NCBI GenBank assembly: GCA_030704615.1
Contig: CM060732.1
Span: 72,974,001 to 73,038,000 of the forward strand
Source: Takakia lepidozioides
Lineage: Eukaryota > Plantae > Bryophyta
Length of the DNA stretch: 64,000 bases
Direction of reading: 5' to 3'
Shown: positions 38,460 to 50,229 of the stretch, one piece after another
Layout of the letters: each line of letters opens with the position of its first letter
How positions within the stretch are numbered: the first letter of the stretch is position 1
Position numbers and translations under genes: made by a program
Notes under the pieces: model-generated
Told to the model about the DNA's origin: nothing
The model's input: only the letters and a program-made list of their open reading frames with translations
The model's database searches: none

Positions 38460-41400
38460 TGATGAAACCTGTAAGACTTTATTTACAACATGTACAATGG
38501 GTGAACGTGCATATGATGTGAAGTTCCCAAAAAGGGGGGGGGGAGGAACAAGAAACAAGAGAAGAAAACAAAAAGTTATAGTAAGTTATTTAGCTAGAGA
38601 AAAAAACAAAAGCTATAGTAAGCTACTCAACCAGCGACGAAAACAAAAGCTATAGTAAACTACTCAAGCAGAGCGACCCTCCCAGCCAACAGCCTGGAGG
38701 AGATCAGGCAAGGAGATAGGCAAAGTGTCAGGCAGAGGCGGAAGACGAGATGACGCGGAGCTAGCCTCATCAGCCCGATGCAAAATAGAGATGGCTTGTG
38801 CTCTCTGCAAAACAACTGAAACACGTTGTCGATAGTAGGCGACAAGGACGGAGGCATGTGGGATGCCAGTGGACCCGCTCTTGGCTGCATGATGTGCACA
38901 TGTCCGTAGGAAATCGTCGAAGTGTCGATGCAATGAGCCAAATATTTCGACCTCCAGTGGAAGAAATGTGTCAGTGGGGTGACGATCGTTGTAGTCGCGC
39001 TCCTTGGCCTAGGCTACTACAGTGGTTGTCGTGCCTGGTGTGGTAGCTGCGCGAGATAGCAGATCCGCTCGAGTGGGGTCGGCGAGAACGACATCTGCTA
39101 AGGTACGCAAACCATCTCTAGATAGGACGATGTCAACATGGCGGCGTGTAGAGTGGGACGTGAGCATGGGTCATAGATGTGGTTGCTCACGCAGTACATG
39201 ATACCCTGCCTCCCGAGCAATAGATGCCACCGCATCGCGAACCATATCATGAGACGCAGTGCGCTCACCACCACATGGACAGCGGAGGAGATGGATGACA
39301 AGGTCATCGATGGGCTGAAGACAAACGCAACGTTGAAGGCCCAATGTCGAAGGATAAGACAAACCGAGTCGAAGGCGGAGCGCAGTAGTGAAAATAAGGG
39401 ATGAGAGGCGAAAATGTGCGATAGTGGGTCGTGCTGTCAACCATGCCCCTGCTCCGGGTCCTGCGCATGATAGAAGTCGGGCTCGATGCAACTCAGAAGA
39501 AGCACTTGAGAGCATGCCGGAAAAGGAATGACGATGCACGCGCTCGGAAATGGACTCTTGAAGATGGTCAAGGCCTTGAGCAACCAACTGCTCAAATGGT
39601 GGTAGACATGCTCGCGCCGGTGCCGGAAGAAGATCTCGTGCAGAGCGGAGATGCTGCTGGAAGGGTAAAATGCCACTGTCGACATGTGCAACGGCGTCCA
39701 TAAGGATGGGACGATGGTCACAGAGAAATCGTGAAGCGAGGGCTGGCGCCACCAATGCTCAACTGCCGAGGAAAGCTGACGGGGCGGTAGTGACAGTGGA
39801 CAAAAGACCCACACCACCGGAAGAGACGGGCAAGGTGGCTTGCTGTCGTGGCAAAAGTCCCTGAGCACCCTCCAGAGCTCCTGGTCCTAGCAATCTCCCG
39901 AAGATATTCATCATGGTAGTATCAAACCCAGATACGAGGTATAGGAAATCTGGGTTGGGTGGAACAGTGCGCAAGAGATATGAGAGACGCTGAAGGAAAC
40001 ATTTGGTCAAGATTCCATATGCTACCTGTACATTTCCGAGCCTATGAAGGAGATCGCCGTGGGTGGCATCCTGGTGGAGTGTATCTTCCAAAAAGGACGT
40101 TGTGAACTGGGTGGTGCCAAAAGGGACTCCCAGGATTCTGATGCCATTGGGCAGAGCAATGAAGTGAACAGGGAGGACAAAATTTGCAGGGAGACCGGAC
40201 GGAGATCACACCGCACATTTGCGAGGTTGCACTGAAAGGCCCACGGTAGAGAGTTGGGTGACAAAATGATAGTAAGCTGAAAGTACCTGTGAGGCAGGGC
40301 CTACAATGTACGTGTCGTCTGCCACCAACGGAAAAAGACAAGATGAGTGAACTTGTGCAGAAGCCGTGAGGGCGCGGACATGAGCCATGGCAAACAAAGG
40401 TCCTCCTAAAGGGTCGCCTTGGCGGGTCTCAACCTCAGACTGAATGATGGAGCACTCACCTAGGCGAGAATGATGACTGTAGTATAGGGGAGTGGTGGAT
40501 GCATAGAATAATCGAACAAATGGAATGAGCTGGTGGAAATCTCCACTGGCTGAACGGAGCTCCTGAAAGATAGCCGCTCGTGACACAGTGTTGAAAGCGT
40601 TGGTGACGTCGACCTGGAGAACCACCCAATCCGGATGAAGATGAAGAGCTGCACGAATCCCCTGAACCACCGCCTTGCAACCGCCTGGAGTGGCGACCCC
40701 GAACTGGTGCGGAAAGAGGTGTCCGGAGAAGGCATCTCGAAACTGAAGACAAAGTGAGCGGCTGACAAGGCGGTAAAGAACCTCTCCAACTGCGATAGGG
40801 CGGATGCCAGTACCTGAGGGTTTGCTCATAGCCAACAATCTGGGGGCCCCAAGGAGACGGATACGGCCAACAACAATAAAAGAGCAAATCTGAAATAGCT
40901 GAGAGAAGCCACTAGCAGAGTCGTGTGGAGAGAAACAGTCGCGTAAGTGCTCATACAGGAGACCGGAAGGACCTGCCGCTGCAAGATGGGGACTGCGCGT
41001 GAAGGCCTGAGTGAAGACCTCCCGATCTAGCTTGAGATCCTGGTCTGGCTCGAAGTCCTCAACAAAAAGCGGCAGAATATCCTGAGCTGATGGGTGAAGG
41101 GCTTCGAGGGCAGTGACAGTATCCGGTGATGGAGGCGCTGGTGAGGAAGGTGCTAAAGCCTTGGCCGCCCGTGAGTACTCGCCAACGCGGCCTAACATGA
41201 GACTATGACGAAGTCGCCTGTGGGCCGATGAGGGTGGCTGCGTGGAGGAAGCGGGAGGGGCACGTGCCGCAAGGGTTAGTGCCCGTAATTGATGCTCATC
41301 TTGCAGACTCTCCCAATCTCCAGATAAAAAACGGCGAAGACGGATACGCGTCTCTTTGTGCCCTGACTGACTGCCACGAGGGGGGCAAAACCAAACACCA

Positions 41401-42830
41401 TTGAGGAAATAACAAGAAAAGATACCATGCTGGTATATCATCAGGATCACGAGCCAGTCTGTCTAAGGGTAGACATAGTGCCAGTTGGACCTCATGACCT
41501 AGTGCCACTGGAATTCTTGTATAAAAACGAGGCCTTGGCAGTCCTAGCTGAAATGCGCCCAAAACATCTAGCGCTGAAAGCCAATGCCAAACAGAGGCAG
41601 GAGGTGGCGCGTGCAAGACACTGGGCTGAAATGGAGAAGTACTATTTGTGTGGGACTGATGAAGAGCCGCACACGTGCGCTGGTGTCGCGCAAGCCCTCT
41701 GATGCGCTCAAAAAGACGACCGCAAGCTGGGCATGGGGTACGGTCTGATGGGAGAGGCGCCTGCTGTTGGGGTAAGAGTGATGGGGTCGGCAATGCAGGC
41801 TGCACAACTGGAGAAGAAGACACGTGGAGAGGCTCATGACCAAGAGGAGTTGGGCTGCCTTGAAGCCGCTGCCGAGAATGGGATGGAGAACCTGGAGGAG
41901 AAGTGACTGGCGTGGGACCTCGAACCCTACCTGAGAGGCGGAGTGGGAGAGGGCTCAACAGACACTGTGGGAGTTCTTCGGTCGGTGGGGCGCCAATGGA
42001 AGAACCTGGAATCAGCGGTGGAGAAGACCGTTGTGAAGATGACGACTCTTCTTGAACTTGGTGTCTGGAGCTTGGACTCTGGTGCGCATCAGGAACATGT
42101 GAGCTAGGGGTAGGGGTACGTTGGCGTTGGGGTCTTCCAAGAGGAGCAGGTCTTCCAGTAGGAGCAGTTGCGGGTGTGTTCAGCACCTCCGTTGCTCTGG
42201 GGAGCGAACTGCCAGGGATGGTGGAGTAGGCAGTAAAGGGGTTGTGGCGAGGGCTGGAGTTGGCTGCCTGTACGGCGTCGGGGCTGAACGAGCTGGGGAC
42301 GAGCCGATCGAGCCCGCCTGACCGGCGTGGGGCCCACTGTTGCACAGCGGCCGCTTGCTCGCTTAGCGCTGCTACCGCTGTCGCTACTGCCAACACCTCC
42401 ACTAAGTTGGCGGCGCTGCAGGCCTTGCCGAGGTCTGGCGGCGACGCCGCTCATCGTACTTCTTGTGTCCATGCCAAACTCTTCAAGTCGATTTCCATTG
42501 TGGAGCGCGTACACAACAAGCTATAGAGAAACCGCTTCGTTGCTCTTGCAATGCTATGAAACTCTTGACTGTCATCTCTACTGTCTATCTTCTGTCTGTC
42601 TCTTGACACATTCTTCCAGTCGTCAACCGTGCAAAAACCTGAATAGAAATCTGCTCGTGGTTTTGTTTGGGTGGACCTAGGTTAGTAAGGAGAATTCCAG
42701 AGCTTATGGTCTAGTTATCTTCTGTGAAGGATCTGAGAAGAAATCCTTCTAGAGACAATCTGTGCTCATTATTTGGCCTGCATACAACGATCGATTTAAA
42801 CATACATCTTAGATTGTAAACGTGAGTCTT
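38460..42830 (-). mobile_element. CRE-clade-like non-LTR retrotransposon (C2H2 finger, RT, CCHC, restriction-like endonuclease), frameshifted
   Basis: CPACGRLFERIRGLARHQRTC; GIRPIAVGEVLYRL, HQFGVATPGG, VDVTNAFNTVSR, RQGDPLGGPLF, ADDTY; GAGAWL...LRLRLG, CVC...HLLRC...SHDMVRD; RHVDIVL...ADV...P and FLPLEVEIFG. AATAAA near the 3' end. Confidence 0.88.
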
Positions 42831-42834
42831 ACTG

Positions 42835-43260
42835 GGAACGACTACCATAAAGTTGTTAGGCGATCACCTGGCGTATGTACGTATGTACCCATACCCAACA
42901 TAAACAACCATACCATCGCGAGCAAGTTCCCATTTCTCTCTACCCACATCCTGTCTGCCACAATTAACGCTACCACGCCCCTCCCAGGTTCCAGTCCCCT
43001 AGTATCCCGCCATCTCCCCCCACTACCACACCCGTCGCAACCCACCCTCCCTCTTCACCCACTACTCCAAACTGCCAAAACCCGATCACCCCCAACCATG
43101 CAACTTCAATATCACCATAGCACTGTTATCGAGGGCTCTTGCACGACTTGCCTCCCTTATTTTACAAAATCATCACATTTGACACTGAGTCTATGCTGGC
43201 ACCTGCACCCTGCATGCAATCCAGGCCCAACAACATTTGCTCCCCCATGGTGAAAATTGT
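42835..43260 (+). mobile_element. Fragment of a relative of the 24243-28700 LINE (region just upstream of APE)
   Basis: TIASKFPFLSTHILSATINATTPLPGSSPL aligns with TITNKFPFLSKNILAATLHATTGIPGYQPL at 26730-26640 (minus). Confidence 0.7.
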
Positions 43261-43286
43261 AGTTAACGCCATCCAGTTAGTTTTTA

Positions 43287-45010
43287 TAATCCCATATTCT
43301 TTGTACTGTTTTACTTGTCGTATATAAATACTGAATTAGGGCACAAGTTGGTGTCTCTTGCGAGACATAAAAATAAAAAGCTCGGGGGAGGATGGGAGGT
43401 GAGCGACGTGCATTTACGACGTACCTGCATGTTATTTTTTGCTAGGACTAATTTCTGTTGTCTTTTTCTTCCGAGGGTTGGACTACCTACACCCACTACT
43501 TTGTTTGCCAGTCACGTACCTCCAGTAATTCTTCTGACTGGACTGTAAAGCTGTTTCAATGAATTGATGTGGCTACCCAGGCTTGGGATGCCTTGTGTTA
43601 TTCCTCAGTGATCCCTAGCTACGAGGGCTCCCGTATCATGGGAATTCTTAGAGTATCGCAGACAACAACTCGAATTAGAAGCTGCTGCATTGTCAAGTTG
43701 GTGGCTCGTTGGCTGGTCCTTCCTGCTAACAGACATTGCTGACGTAAAACCAAAAAAGCAAGTGACTCTTTGTGACTTGATAATATGCAGCATAGCAAAT
43801 ACACCGGAGGGCCAAACACAGTAAGCAGAATCAAAATGGGAACAGTAAATGGAAACTGGAAGTCGTATCTCGAACTTGTAAAGCCCGTCTAGTGTGCTGA
43901 TGGCATGGGCAACACACTGAAAGAGAAGAAAAGGCATCTGGACACTCCCTCAATTATGAAGAACACAACATCTTCTTGATTTATGGCATGAAAGGACCCT
44001 AGGAAAGCAATATCCATCTGAGCTGACTTGAAGTTGTACCACTCTGTCATATCACATTCCATCCATACGGTCAACAAAACCAAAAGAGCCGTTTGTCACT
44101 GAAAATGCACTCCCATTGTCTGCAATCATTTGCCAGTTGAGTAGCTGGATGGCCCTGCACACAGATGGACCCACTTTGAACAGCGTGGGGCTATCTTTGA
44201 ACAGCAAGAGACAAATGTATGTACAGTTTTAAGGATTCCTCGTTATTCTGAGGCCAGGCTCCAACTCTCTCTGGATTTGATCAAGGCTTCAAAGATCTTC
44301 CGATCATGATAGTGTAGTATACGTCCATCAACTCAAAATTGTGATTGAACAAGCGATCATTCAAATTGGACACATAGGCCCTCGGTTCCATCGATGCACT
44401 GGCCCACAAAATAACCATCTTGGTATCTGCCTGCTAAATTCAAGTATGCCGAGGGGGCACAGTGTTTTGAAGTGGTTCACCTCCGCTGAAATTAACTGGT
44501 AGGAAATTTTGTTGAAGCCTGCCATACAACCTCCACACAACAAGCTGCAATTGCTGAATTGCATACTTCAGTGACCGGCGCATAGTTCATTGTCTGGACC
44601 TTTGTGACACACCCTGCATTCCCAGATCAGAAAGGTGTTCGTTCCACACCAGACGAGCCGTAACAGCAACAGATCAACACAATCAATATAAACAGAATCC
44701 CTAGCCTGGGTAGCCACAGAAATTCTTCACGCCTTATTGAAACAGCTCAATTAAAGTCCAGTCAGAAGAAATACTGGAGGTATGTGACCTGTTCTTTCCT
44801 GTCTGTGGCAAACACTCTAGTCGTGGGTATTCCAACCCGAAATTAGTCCTAGCAAAAAATAACATGCAGGTACGTCGTAAATGCATGTGGCTCACCTCCC
44901 ATCCTCCCCCGAGCTTTTTATTTTTATGTCTCGCAAGAGACACCAACTTGTGCCCTATTTCAGTATTTATATACGAGAAGTAAAACCAATACAAAGAATA
45001 TGGGACAATC
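43287..45010. repeat. Inverted repeat pair (~300-bp arms containing repeat X) around ~1.1 kb of unidentified sequence
   Basis: 43287-43590 is the reverse complement of 44697-45003, including ~120 bp beyond the X core (...CCTCCAGTA.TTCTTCTGACTGGACT...TGTGGCTACCCAGGCT). Confidence 0.85.
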
Positions 45011-45838
45011 TTGAGTACTGCAAATGCCCTAAACCGGCCTGGTAGGTCCAATAAATAAAAATGACATCGTTAGGAGATCAGTATAACGGTATTGTGGCGA
45101 GTTATGGAAGGCACAAACGACCGCATCAAAACACGGGGGCTCTCGTTCTGCGGTGGTGTCGCTGTGGAGCACAGGGCCGCGCTAATTTGCGTCGTCGCGT
45201 TGTTGGACCCCAACTTACCGTTTAGTCGGACATGATCGCTGCCTCGTGTCTGTGTCTTTGGCCCTGGGCAAGAAGGCCCAAACCGTACTTACATCCTTGT
45301 CCACAGTCCACACCACACACCTCGCCTCCTGCATTACAACTCTCTGAGGGACTCGTCTTTTTTCTATTATGTCCTATAGGTCTTTTGGGCCTTCTTTGGG
45401 ATATTTTCTTTCTCTTACTGTTACATTGATTGTCCTTTTGACTATGACACAAACTTTTAAACTTCAAACAGTGATGTGGGTGGAATTGGTTTCAGGTATC
45501 CAGCCTAAGTTATCCACTCGTGCATGGCCGATGGAGGTTTCGTGGGACTGGGGAGTTTGAGTGCTATGACAAGTAGGCCCTATGTATGCCAGTAATGTAT
45601 CAACAATGTCATTGTTTCTGGACATCTTCAGTTCTACTCGAGCAGTACACAAGTTAGAGCAGTACACAAGTTAGCATCCGGCAGGGGGAGAGATGTTGGA
45701 TCACGCTCCAAGTATTTTGTGACCCACATACAACATACAAAAGCAGGGTCTGAGTACCTCAGCGGCAGGATTCGACATATTTATGAATGTTCCTTGTGAA
45801 ATTGACTAAAAGGTACATGAATTGGCCAAGTTTTGTAA

Positions 45839-45935
45839 TCAAGATTGTCCCATATTCTTTGCATTGTTTACAGAAATAGGGAACAAGTTGTTGTCTCTCT
45901 TGCAAGACATAAATATAAAAAGCTCGGTTTGCTAG
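45839..45935 (+). repeat. Degenerate, internally deleted copy of repeat X
   Basis: TCAAGATTGTCCCATATTCTTTG...CTTGCAAGACATAAA...AAAAAGCTCGG..TTTGCTAG; shares the TCAAGATTG flank with the minus-strand copy ending ~45012. Confidence 0.7.
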
Positions 45936-46608
45936 ATAGGAAGAAAAAGTCTCCCTGGAGATAGCTAAAGCCCTGCGGGCAATGAAAATAGAAGGTCGTA
46001 GAATGGATGATGAATGCCCATTCAGCTCACAGTGAGGAACGAGAGCAAGTGCAGTATTGACAACACTTTCTAGTTGATCAGTTTAAGAAATTTCTTGTAG
46101 GTTGTCAACATACATCTTATACTGCCAGACAATCACATGTATCTTAAGTTTTCAGCTGCGTGAACGAGATGTGTCACCCTCAGTGTTTCGGGTGATATAT
46201 CACATGAGGTTCAACCCCTCATGTAAGCCCAGCTTGGGCCCTACAAACAGTATTCATTATAGATAGAGTTGAAAGGAACATTTGGCAGACAGCCAGCAAA
46301 ACACTACAAGACAACTGAATTGAACTCTCATTCTGATTTTGGAAGACACACATACACCCTTTGAAGTCACATGACATTTGAGTGAAAATGTAGCGCAATA
46401 GATGACAAATATGCAGACTCTCTCTTCCACTAAATATGACAAAGCCCTGCTTCAAAACAAGCACATTTGCACTCGCACCAGCCTCAGCTTCAAGAATAAC
46501 TGGCATCTAACAGAGGCCAAATAGAACTATCCCTCCCAGTTGAAAGAAGGAGTGCGATAAAGCCCGCAATGGCAAGCTCTTTATTCTCAAGTAAAGACTG
46601 GTGTTTTG

Positions 46609-47964
46609 TTAATCCATCTCTGGCACGGGGCCCTTCCACTTGAAGTTGTCGGCATACGCTTTTGGCTGTATGTCATACCAAACCAGTATCAGAGGTATGA
46701 ACACCACCCCTTGAAACTTGAACCCAAACCAACTGCAGCCAGTCTGAGTAGGCAAGGGCCTAAAAAGAGGCCAAAAGTGCAATGCACCCAAAGCTGACAT
46801 CCTAACCATAAACATATGTGACCTGTGTGGACCTTATGTGACAAAAATGCAAAACTACACCAAAGAACCTGAACAAGAAGATACTGCATTTCACAAGCAA
46901 CACTTAAGTTACATACCTTCTGAAGCGCCTGGTGGGGCTCTCTGACCTGCAAATAAGACAACGAACAATCAAGCTTGTGGAAGTTAGTGAATGCAACTGC
47001 TGGATTATAGAATCAACAGAAGATGTCACATGAACAGAATCGAACAGTGCTCACCAAAGTAGGTCAGAAAGTGCCCTATAGCTGCAAATCAGATATCTTT
47101 TAGTTCACTATCAGAAGAAAACAAATATAGGACTTGATGCTTGACCTATCCTTCCTGATGCACTTTTTGATCCACATGACTACTTGGAAATGCCAATTAA
47201 TTAGTTAGGTCTAGGTAAGGAAAAGCAAGGTAGAGAAGCCCACCGTGAACTCCCACCCATATTTCTTTGCAAACTCTACAGCAGATTCCTTGCTGTCAAA
47301 ATACAGGCCTGCCTCACCCACGGTTGCATATGGATCCCCTGTTGATGTCCATCCCATGAGTGGATTTTCCCATCTACCCCACCACATCCAAATAGTTACA
47401 TTATTAGGATCTTTCTGTCCATCAAAACTCCCACCAACCGCCTTCCTCAAAATTACAGGTAAAAAAGAGAATGATCGCACCACCGCTGGAGAAAGGACAC
47501 CCCAGAAAGTTGGAACACAGAAAACCAATGTTGACTCCTACCCCTAAAAGTGGGCAACTCGTATCCGAGTCACAAGACACCCGGCAGAGAGGGGCCTGCA
47601 TACTTTTGGGTCGATTCAAAGCTGATCTTCCATGAGCCAGTATTCGCCATTCCTTGTTGCGTGGATACGCGTGCAGGAGAGTAAATCACCACCTGCCAAC
47701 CTCCAACCCTCCATCTTAACAATCCATCTACCCCCTCATACCAATATCAAATGCACAATTTCGCGATGGGACAGAATCCTTGCAAACCTTACGATGCAGA
47801 TGCTGTTCAGGCACACCGGACACCTCCCCGATCTCACCAGCCCTGCCGCTCGGTACAGACTCAAAATCAGACACTCCAGACAGCTGCGAAGGACCCGAAG
47901 TCGAAGAAGACAGCCTCCTCAACGGCGCCGGCAACAGCGCCATCATCCGCCGCCCGGCCATCAT
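46609..47964 (-). CDS. NDUFS4: NADH dehydrogenase [ubiquinone] iron-sulfur protein 4, mitochondrial (complex I 18 kDa subunit; Arabidopsis FRO1 orthologue)
   Basis: Exons 47964-47788, 47692-47604, 47373-47244, 46946-46917 and 46665-46609, all GT-AG, give 160 aa: transit-peptide-like N-terminus, [19 protein letters not shown]...QG...WKISF...[16 protein letters not shown]...FAKKYGWEF...[12 protein letters not shown]. Confidence 0.96.
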
Positions 47965-47966
47965 CC

Positions 47967-47991
47967 CTCTCTCTCTCTCTCTCTCTCTCTC
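47967..47991. repeat. (CT/GA)n microsatellite immediately 5' of the NDUFS4 start codon
   Basis: About 12 perfect CT units. Confidence 0.9.
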
Positions 47992-48167
47992 CCAAGATCC
48001 TGTCTCCTTTCTCCCTCAAAACCTCTCCTCTCTGATTCCCCTCTTGCTCTCCCTACTAACTCCCATCAACCGCACCAGCACATCCTAACTTTTTTTTTTC
48101 TCTTAAGAGGGAAAGCTACCCTCAAAATTTTACTGCTAAGGGGAAAGGAAAAAAAAAAAAAACCAAC

Positions 48168-48400
48168 AGTCAGTAGCTCAGTTGGTTAGTGCACTAAGTG
48201 CCACCCAGATGATTATGGGGTCAAATCCTACTTCTTGACTGGTGCGGTATACTCTTCTCCCCCTCCTTGGGCGGCGTCCCATTTCTACGCCTTCATGGCG
48301 CGGTTGCTGTGAAAGAGGTTATTTTCTCCTCTCACTATTAAGGGGCCTGATTTGTGAGCTGTCGCTCCCAGGTGTTTCCCTTTGAAAAAAAGAAAAAATA
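48168..48400 (+). mobile_element. tRNA-derived SINE upstream of NDUFS4
   Basis: A box TAGCTCAGTTGG (48174-48185), B box GGGTCAAATCC, 3' AAGGGGCCTGATTTGTGAGCTGTCGCTCCCAGG shared with the other copies, A-rich tail. Confidence 0.8.
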
Positions 48401-49338
48401 CAACTTTCTAATCTTGTAGTTCTGGGGGTTAGTATCGCGGGCTTCGGGATGGCGCTCCGCAGTTTGCGGTGAGTGTATCCTGGGGCTTAGCCGCTATCCC
48501 CAACCTCTCCCTCAGCAGGAATGGGTCTCACGATGCAAAGGCCATCCTGCTTCCCCCCCCTCAATCTCTCTTGCAAGCCAAGTTCCCCCTTCAGGCGGTA
48601 ACATGAGCAAGTTCTGCTACGTTACCCCTACCATCTCCCCCCCTGCGCTCTCTTTCAAAGCAATGACGAAAAATGAAAACCTGAAGCATATGTTGAGATT
48701 TCATCTTCCCAGTGTTCATCTTCATGTGCCTCTCTTCTCAAGTCTTTCTTCATTCATAAGATCCAACAGAGTTCTTCCCACCCCCACGGCTTCCCATGTT
48801 GGTTTAATGAGCCGCCACGCTCACACATCCTCACTCTGCCATTGTCTCAGGCACTTAAGCTCTTGTCGCTAATCGGTGGCTCCCCGAGGCCTGCTGCGGT
48901 CTTGCTCGATGCAGCGGCTCATAATGAGCCTTGAAAGAGTGCAGTAGGGAGACACTGCCAAGCTACCATGCATTCTCTACAGGAAGGGAAGACTTCTCTT
49001 CTTCTATTAACCCCTTCATAGACCAAGGATTGAGGCGAGCTCATCTGTCTTCTCTAAATGTTGGTGTTGATGCAATTCTACATGCATTCAGCTGAATCAG
49101 TTATCTTTCTTCTCTAACAGTTTGTCGCATTTGCGGTCTTCGCTCCACTTCGTTCCCTGGCATAATACACGTCTACCCCACCTCTCCACTCACTACCTCA
49201 TTCCTCTCCTCCCTCCGCTCGAATTCTTATCCCCACTCTTGCTTCTCGCGCCTGTCGTCTACCTGAAACGCCTGCTAATCGCAGTTCTGTCCCATAGATT
49301 CCAGAGGCCGTGGTTCCAGAAAGGCGAGACGTGGAGGA

Positions 49339-50229
49339 ATGTCCGACGTATTGTCTATAGCATCGAAAGCCAAAAATCAGATTTGGACCAGGAAATCTTC
49401 CATGTTGCAAGTCGAAGCTGCCTCCATTCTAGGAAAGGGCCCCTCAGCGTCTGCCCCCCCGCCCTCACCGTTGATGACTGAAAATGCATGGGAGGACACG
49501 ACGGTGCAAGAAGACAAGGAGCAGCCTGTCATAAATTTGAACGAAGCTAACCTGCAGGCTCAAGTGCAAAAGTTAACAAAGACAGGCATTCTCCTGTACT
49601 TCCCTGAAAAGCCTCGGACGAGAAAATCCATTTGTACTTGGATTATCGAGCACCTAGGAACTGTTGGTGGATTGGCACAACACTTTAGCCTTTCAATGGG
49701 GAAAGGCTTCTACGCTATCATCTTCAGCTCGCCAGCAGATGCAGAAAAGGCTCTGCGCTTCAACACACAGACATCCGCCTCCAAAGTCCACATTTTTCCT
49801 TGGACCCAGGATTGGGGACACAAGAAAGGCATCTTGTGGAAGCCAAGAGTCATTGCCATCCCCTTCCTACGTCCCACGTATCTGACTTCGCTCCCAGAGA
49901 TAGGTGCCAGTTTTGGCTCATTCATAGGGGCAATCAATGTTCTGGAGCCAGCTCAGGACAAAATTCTCAGTGTTGATACCGAGGTCACACATTCTCAGGC
50001 TACTGAGGACATTGGCGTCCCCAAAATCATTGTGCTCATGCCTGAAAACGCAGCCATTGGCACCTCTATCAAACTCCCCACCTTGGATGACTCTTACATT
50101 GTAGTAGCAGTGAAAGAGGAGGTTCTCTCGGTGATTTGTTACCACTGTAATGTTGAAGGGCATATCAAGGCTGACTGCCCAATCATCAAGTTTACAAGAA
50201 AGGAGGAGGGCTCCTCCCAGCCACTTTGA
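49339..50229 (+). CDS. LINE ORF1 (DUF4283/RRM-like region plus CCHC zinc knuckle); probably continues after a frameshift into 50150-51376
   Basis: MGKGFYAIIFSSPADAEKAL...HIFPW and CYHCNVEGHIKADCP. Confidence 0.75.
   Translation: MSDVLSIASKAKNQIWTRKSSMLQVEAASILGKGPSASAPPPSPLMTENAWEDTTVQEDKEQPVINLNEANLQAQVQKLTKTGILLYFPEKPRTRKSICTWIIEHLGTVGGLAQHFSLSMGKGFYAIIFSSPADAEKALRFNTQTSASKVHIFPWTQDWGHKKGILWKPRVIAIPFLRPTYLTSLPEIGASFGSFIGAINVLEPAQDKILSVDTEVTHSQATEDIGVPKIIVLMPENAAIGTSIKLPTLDDSYIVVAVKEEVLSVICYHCNVEGHIKADCPIIKFTRKEEGSSQPL

Noticed and set aside
43190-43230. LCWHLHPACNPGP as a third 2A-like motif
   Set aside because: It lacks the G-D-(V/I) core, and the overlapping frame (KIITFDTESM) better matches the expected APE start.
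44465-44500. Minus-strand peptide VNFSGGEPL resembling the radical SAM/viperin motif
   Set aside because: No CxxxCxxC motif in frame and the frame closes a few codons later; likely chance.
45682-45720. Purine tract followed by TGTTGG as an LTR start
   Set aside because: No matching LTR end or retroviral coding sequence was found nearby.
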